A stretch of 64,000 bases of DNA from Candidatus Omnitrophota bacterium (GTDB lineage Bacteria > Omnitrophota > Omnitrophia > Omnitrophales > Aquincolibacteriaceae): NCBI GenBank assembly GCA_903884815.1, contig CAISGE010000070.1:22080-86079 (forward strand). Reading direction: 5' to 3'. The notes under the pieces are model-generated. The model made no database searches. It saw nothing but the letters and a program-made list of their open reading frames with translations, and had not been told where the DNA came from. Of the stretch, positions 58,706 through 64,000 are shown one piece after another; positions within the stretch are counted from its first letter, which is position 1; the number at the start of each line of letters is the position of its first letter. A program made the translations under genes and the position numbers.

Positions 58706-59521
58706 TTAGATTCGCAATGTGATCCCGGCAGAAACTGAATTTTCATCAACAAATCGTCCTTCCACAGAAAGGCTCACGAATTTCCCGATCCCGATATCCA
58801 TGCCGACGAATGGCCCGAATTTATATTGGCTTTGATCTCTCGATTTACCATTGATTCCCGATCCCGATGCGGTAAAAGCAGCGCCTTTTGAAATGGCATC
58901 CATGTCTGAATACTTACCCCCGAAGTAGGGAGTCACTGTAAAATCCTTACTGAGTTTGAATTCCTGAGACACGCCCAGGGCAGTTTGCCATTCTAACCAT
59001 GTTGCATTTACGACTCCGTCTGTTATGTCCTGGCCTATAAACTTGTCCAGTTGAGTTCGTGTTCGACGGAACTTCGAATCAGAAAAAATCTGCAGGTCCT
59101 TAGCTTGACTCGAGAAAACCTTCTGTTTGAAAAGAATTACTTTCGCCCCGAGGCCCCAAGCAAAACTAGCCCCATATTCAAAAGAATCCCGGGTTGCTCC
59201 GACCGGTGCACGCGCTGCCATCTTCGCACTACCAAGTTCGATATAAGGCTCCACCCGATCCATGATGTCGCAGGAGATCTTTGCGAGGAACCAGTGCACA
59301 TGAGCTTTAGGATCACCTGTCTTGGGCCTCAAATCACGGTTCTCGTAATCGTAAACAAAACTTGCCTTCAAAGGGCTCTTCCCAATCTTCGGGATCTCCA
59401 AAAGGCCTCCCTCGGGTGTCGCCACATCGCTCGTGGGACCAACGGAAGCGGCTAGGGCTGACCCAATGGAACAGTGCGCAATGAGCAGCGACGCGCCTAC
59501 AAATACAATCAGTTTTTTCAT
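58706..59521 (-). CDS. Outer membrane beta-barrel protein
   Basis: Signal peptide ending SALA, alternating amphipathic strands (PYIELG, WGLG, EWQTALG, PYFGG, VEGRF); GGAGG RBS. Confidence 0.78.
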   Translation of the reverse strand: MKKLIVFVGASLLIAHCSIGSALAASVGPTSDVATPEGGLLEIPKIGKSPLKASFVYDYENRDLRPKTGDPKAHVHWFLAKISCDIMDRVEPYIELGSAKMAARAPVGATRDSFEYGASFAWGLGAKVILFKQKVFSSQAKDLQIFSDSKFRRTRTQLDKFIGQDITDGVVNATWLEWQTALGVSQEFKLSKDFTVTPYFGGKYSDMDAISKGAAFTASGSGINGKSRDQSQYKFGPFVGMDIGIGKFVSLSVEGRFVDENSVSAGITLRI

Positions 59522-59607
59522 TTTTCCTCCCAAAAGATTGGTCTAATTGGAATACGTTTGTATCATTTCAAAGTCGAATACCAACGTTAATGATTCCCGA
59601 TCCACAC

Positions 59608-59667
59608 CACGCCTTAGTTATCGGCTGCCTCAGGACATGAGATTAGTCACATTCTAAGCAAAAGATC
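59608..59667 (-). promoter_or_regulatory. Copy 2 of the 60-bp direct repeat (putative promoter)
   Basis: 57/60 identical to 51883-51942; upstream of the beta-barrel gene. Confidence 0.75.
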
Positions 59668-59688
59668 ACGCGAAACCCAACGGGCAAT

Positions 59689-59723
59689 AAAAAAGCTCAC
59701 AGCGGATAAGCTGTGAGCCTTTT
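59689..59723. terminator. Bidirectional terminator-like hairpin
   Basis: A-tract GCTCACAGC..GCTGTGAGC T-tract. Confidence 0.65.
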
Positions 59724-59994
59724 AATTGCGATGGGAACCATCGGCCGCACGTACCCCACGTGAGACGCTCCCGCTTTCTGCAATTTCACAACACGCATGT
59801 CGACTCGACCAAGCCCTCGGCAGATCTGATTTTCGACTGCATCCTCAGAAGGACTGAGCAACGTTTGATGAACCAGAAAAGGTCTTGAGGTAATCAAACA
59901 AGATATCACTCCGGTGCGGCGCGCACATCTCAACCACGAATAGCCGCGCCGTGGAAATGCTTCAGGGAGGGGGCTGCGCCAGCAGACCGGCTGG

Positions 59995-60705
59995 TCATTT
60001 GTTTTGCACAGGCTCTTCAGCAGGCTGTCGGTCCAGGACGTTCGCGGGATCAAATTCAATGACCGCTGCCTGCCATACACTACCCCGAACCCTCGTTTCT
60101 TCCTTTTTGAAGGATTGGGGGTCGGGATCGAACTCAATCTTGAAATGACGCGGACTTTCTTTTATATCTTCCCTTACGATCAGGCGAAGGGTTTTCGGCA
60201 TTCGTGGAAAGTCGGAGATCTCGAACTTTTGATCATCGGATCTACCTGAATCAAAATTGCCCGAGGTTCCATCATATCCGTGATAATCAAGGCGAATAAT
60301 ATTCGGATCCTCGGATTCGAAATACTTTCTGAAAGAACGACACGCCTCAGCCGGCTCACATTCGAAAGAGTCAATAAGCAGGCGCACGGACCGATAGACG
60401 GGGAAAATGCCATAGGTGCATTTCGTGCTTGCCCATCCCAACAGGCCGTAGTCCGTTTTGCACCGTCTCAAGGTGATTCCTTTCAAGGCGCGAAGCAAGA
60501 TAGTGTACAGGTGCATCTTCGGTACGTCTTTACTTAGGGTATCCGGAGAATGTGGATTTTTAAAGCAAGGTACTGCGTGCTCATAATAAACACGGATCAC
60601 TTCCTTGGCCGACCCATCGAATGGGAAGCTGCAAAGAAGGCATCCGAAAAGTAACAGAATCTTCAGGGACAAAGGTGCCGATGCAGAAGCGTTCCAGGGG
60701 ATCAT
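59995..60705 (-). CDS. Hypothetical secreted Cys-containing protein
   Basis: Hydrophobic N-terminus ending GSA; no recognised motif. Confidence 0.55.
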   Translation of the reverse strand: MIPWNASASAPLSLKILLLFGCLLCSFPFDGSAKEVIRVYYEHAVPCFKNPHSPDTLSKDVPKMHLYTILLRALKGITLRRCKTDYGLLGWASTKCTYGIFPVYRSVRLLIDSFECEPAEACRSFRKYFESEDPNIIRLDYHGYDGTSGNFDSGRSDDQKFEISDFPRMPKTLRLIVREDIKESPRHFKIEFDPDPQSFKKEETRVRGSVWQAAVIEFDPANVLDRQPAEEPVQNK

Positions 60706-60835
60706 ATCAAGAATGCCAAGAAATCAGCCGCACGCGCGCACTTGCCCTAAGAAGACAAGGCTTATCGAGGTCGGCATAACTCTTGGCAGACAAAATGGAG
60801 AGAATGCTCACGGAAGATCAAAAAGCCTTTCCCGT

Positions 60836-62425
60836 CTAATTCGGCCGCATATCCAGAGATTTAACATGGTATTTAAAAATCCTCAGCCCGCTTAAAGTAG
60901 TTTTTGTTAAAAACTCAAAACGGGCATCACTATCCGCCGCTTTTTTGAGGGCATCAAAATTCATTTTCCAATAAACATCTTCGATTAAATAAAAAACCTT
61001 CGTCTTCTGTCTTCGGACAAGGGAGTAAAGACTTCCTTTGCGATATCTGAAAATACGCAAATCAGGAAATTTCTTTTTTGATTTTTTAAACTGTTCCTGA
61101 TGGTAACGAAGGCTGATAGCGGACGCGGTCGTGAGAACGACAACAGGATCCCCTTCCACGGACTGGTCTTTATCAAAATAGTCGACGGCTGAGCGCCAAT
61201 CTTCATTGGGTTTATACACCGACCAAATTTCCTTCGAACCACAACTCAAACTTCCATCCATCGCGGCCGCACCCAAAATCGCCAACAGGGTGTAAGCGGA
61301 AAAACGGAGCCACCGACGCTTAAAGTGAGTCGCTCCTTTGCCTACAGCGATATAAAAGAACGGCAAAAGAATCAAAGCATAACGTTCTATGTAAAGATGA
61401 GGCCATTGAAGCGATAAGAGGATCAGAGTCAGAGGCAGCGCAAAAAGGTAAAGGCACAAATCGATTCTCCTGGTCTCCCTGACTTGAGCAATAAGGCCCT
61501 TCGTGAAAAGATACGCGAAGAAAAACTGCGAAAAAAGCAAATAAGGCTGCCCCAGCAGACTCTTCAGTTGTTCGTGCGAATAAGGGTTGATCGGCCAAAT
61601 GGCGTTGCCCATTGAAAACCAGTTAAAAAAAAGCATCCATCCCTCAAAAGGTGTAAATGCTCTTAAAAAAAAGGCTCCCGACAAAATCGGGACAAGCGTA
61701 ATCTTCGATTTAACGATTAAAAAACAAAGCGGGAAAATAAAAATAGAAGAATTCAAACCCCAAACCAGGAATTTCACGCGCTTGTTCTTTTCGGACAACA
61801 CCAGGCATGAAAACACTACGACAAGAACAATAACGAACCAATGCGTAAAAACCGCGATGAGCAGAGAAAGAAAGTAAACCGCGCACCAACCCCCAATGCG
61901 ACCTTTTTCTTTGATTTTGTAAAATGAGTAAACACTCATCAAGGCGAGCAATAAAAGCATCGAGTAAGGCACGGCTTCACGAGAGTACCAAACATGAACA
62001 GGCGAGAGGGCTAACAAAAATGAAGCGATCATCGCGCTCAGTCGATCTGTCAATTTTAATGCGACAAGGTAAATCAACACGATCGATAAAATGCCGCAAA
62101 GAAAAGGAAGCATTCTCACGGAAAGTTCGGAGTCGCCAAACAGTCGGACCCAAAAAGACATCAGGAGTGGATAAAAAGGTGCCGCGGGGTCCTCCCAAAT
62201 CCGATTCCACATCCCCCCGAACAAGGTTCGAAACCCCACAAGCGTTGAATACCCCACTTCGTCATACCAAAAGCTTCGTGTTAACCCCTGCATCCGAAGA
62301 ACCACTCCGAGCAGAATAATTCCGACTAAAAGAAACTTTGAATGTTTACTCAAAATGGAGTTATCGTCTGTCATTGTTCCATTCCGCGATTGCACAAAGC
62401 CCCAACTTCTTTCTTGAAGATTCAT
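60836..62425 (-). CDS. GT39/ArnT-like membrane glycosyltransferase
   Basis: LR...SFWYDE, PFY, SELSVR, WYSREAVPYS, ERY; start may be MTDDN. Confidence 0.85.
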   Translation of the reverse strand: MNLQERSWGFVQSRNGTMTDDNSILSKHSKFLLVGIILLGVVLRMQGLTRSFWYDEVGYSTLVGFRTLFGGMWNRIWEDPAAPFYPLLMSFWVRLFGDSELSVRMLPFLCGILSIVLIYLVALKLTDRLSAMIASFLLALSPVHVWYSREAVPYSMLLLLALMSVYSFYKIKEKGRIGGWCAVYFLSLLIAVFTHWFVIVLVVVFSCLVLSEKNKRVKFLVWGLNSSIFIFPLCFLIVKSKITLVPILSGAFFLRAFTPFEGWMLFFNWFSMGNAIWPINPYSHEQLKSLLGQPYLLFSQFFFAYLFTKGLIAQVRETRRIDLCLYLFALPLTLILLSLQWPHLYIERYALILLPFFYIAVGKGATHFKRRWLRFSAYTLLAILGAAAMDGSLSCGSKEIWSVYKPNEDWRSAVDYFDKDQSVEGDPVVVLTTASAISLRYHQEQFKKSKKKFPDLRIFRYRKGSLYSLVRRQKTKVFYLIEDVYWKMNFDALKKAADSDARFEFLTKTTLSGLRIFKYHVKSLDMRPN

Positions 62426-63033
62426 TCATCATTTCCAGGATTATTCTGAGACTACGCGGCTGAAAGTAGCTTTCATGATCAAATGAGTTTTTAAAAAGGA
62501 TCCACTCCACGGGAACTTCACGCCAAAATAGCCTGTTAGAATTGCCATCCTCAAATAAAACAGCGGATGGTTTTCACCCACCCGTTGCTTGGGCAATCTG
62601 AGACATAGGTTACACCATATGCTGGAAACATCGGTAGGACTTTTGGGGAATGCTGGCATAACGGAGTGGACCATGTCCTAAGAGAGAATGTTCTCGCGGC
62701 CACCCATGAAATCTGTCGGACGGGTATTGCTGATTGAAAAATCACTCCTCTTTGCAAGGAGTTTGGCATTCTGAGAAAGGAAGATTATAAGTTTTGGGGC
62801 CGTTATCACGAAGCGAACCTGCACTGTTCAATGGATCGGACGTTCTGATACGCCCATCGGCTGCCCATGCAGGTCAAGAAAGAAATTTTTCAAGTTAAGA
62901 GAGACAAACCTTCCCAGCGTACGCCAAAGACCCGGGAAATCCGCAAAAGAAAATATCCCGAGGTAAAGGCTCCGCAAGTAGACCGGCCGGGAATGAGATC
63001 TGGAGAAAATTTGAAAGGCTCGGCGTGTGTTTT

Positions 63034-63687
63034 TTAAATAGCGGATCGGTTTAAGAAAAAATCGTGGACAGTTTCCAACCCCTGAAACGGAAAATAGGAC
63101 TTCCCTTCACGCTCGAGATATTGCGCCAAGTCACTCTTTGCAAATACAATTTCCGCCTCCATCGCCGGACAAACATCCGACATCCCGTCGCCTACGTAAA
63201 TCCGGGTTTTACCCGCGTTTTTCAGAAGATGAATTTTTTTACAATGCGCACATTTGGGGCAATCCGGCGAGAGAAAAGGAAAGGAAGGAATTAGCCTGTC
63301 GCGCTCAAATTCCAAACGATTGGCAAAGACAGGAATGTCCGGAATGCCATGGTGATTCAAAACGGTCTGAATAAGCCATGAGAAGCTATCGCTAACGATC
63401 ATGGACGGTATCTGATTTTGGTTCAGATATCCAAGAAGTTTCACGAAGGAATGATCGATGGGAATATTGGTGATCAATCGGATCAAATCTTCCCGTTTGA
63501 CGCGAACCCCTTTTAGCTGAATTTCTAGGCACTCGCGAGATCCTATTTGCCCGGACCGCCAGGCAACCTCAGCGGGTTTCCAATCGTTATTGATCGAAAA
63601 TCTTTCGATGACGGCACCTAACACATCCACGCATGTGATCGTATTGTCGAAATCAAAAAAAATGATCGGTTTATTAAGGAAGGCCAT
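63034..63687 (-). CDS. HAD-IB phosphatase (MtnX-like)
   Basis: FFDFDNTIT, IVSD, CxxCxHCK, YVGDGMSD; start MAFLN. Confidence 0.88.
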   Translation of the reverse strand: MAFLNKPIIFFDFDNTITCVDVLGAVIERFSINNDWKPAEVAWRSGQIGSRECLEIQLKGVRVKREDLIRLITNIPIDHSFVKLLGYLNQNQIPSMIVSDSFSWLIQTVLNHHGIPDIPVFANRLEFERDRLIPSFPFLSPDCPKCAHCKKIHLLKNAGKTRIYVGDGMSDVCPAMEAEIVFAKSDLAQYLEREGKSYFPFQGLETVHDFFLNRSAI

Positions 63688-64000
63688 TAGAACGCCCCTT
63701 GTCTCCCGTGGCATGCAGGCAACACGGCTTGATCCGAAAGAGGCAGGCACTCATTAAAGAAATCCACCATTTTCTGAGCTGCTTTTTCCCTTTCTTGATC
63801 GGCCGTGATCACGTGATAAGAATCATACAAGTACATGATCTCTTTCTTTAAAGATCCGACGCGATCATAAATGTATTTCGAATTTTTGATGCTGGTCATA
63901 TCATCTTCATAGGCTTGGACCATCAGCACGGGAGCCTTCACCCTCGGAAGTCTACCCTTCACGCGGTTGATCACTTTTCTTAGCTCGCAATATAAAGTCA
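63687..64000 (-). CDS. C-terminal part of an alpha/beta hydrolase (carboxylesterase-like), truncated by the window edge
   Basis: PVLMVQAYEDD (catalytic Asp region), SYHVIT (catalytic His). Confidence 0.75.
   Translation of the reverse strand, partial: TLYCELRKVINRVKGRLPRVKAPVLMVQAYEDDMTSIKNSKYIYDRVGSLKKEIMYLYDSYHVITADQEREKAAQKMVDFFNECLPLSDQAVLPACHGRQGAF

Noticed and set aside
59697-60137. 146-aa minus-strand ORF
   Set aside because: Overlaps the 59995-60705 ORF, runs through a terminator hairpin, and has no RBS or motif

Overview
Gene-dense bacterial chromosomal window, mostly minus-strand. Gene content and style (type IV pilin, TolC and beta-barrel outer-membrane proteins, many hybrid kinases, GT-C membrane glycosyltransferases, REP-like palindromes) suggest a diderm environmental bacterium, possibly Omnitrophota/PVC; this is inference only. 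In order it contains: a response regulator and pilin; a B12-radical SAM/GT2/methyltransferase operon; an AmmeMemoRadiSam operon with membrane-targeted components and a convergent spermidine-synthase-like membrane protein; mscS; a Wsp-like chemosensory cluster; lipoproteins and a cold-shock gene; a kinase-like gene; a yhiI-rbbA-yhhJ-OMF efflux run with HD-GYP and GHL10 genes; a CLec/FGE-fold secreted protein with a (CT)15 frameshifting tract; prfC; an UrtA-like binding protein coupled to a kinase relay; GT-C genes; a 1779-aa BACON-repeat protein with a possible nucleotidyltransferase C-terminus; and a degenerate tRNA-Pro 3' fragment marking a likely island edge. No rRNA, intact tRNA, CRISPR array, integrase or transposase is visible. 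The most promising leads are the membrane-targeted AmmeMemoRadiSam module, the toxin-like BACON protein, the phase-variable CLec gene and a repeated sigma-28-like promoter. Several starts were moved from the ORF track to positions with better RBS or overlap support.
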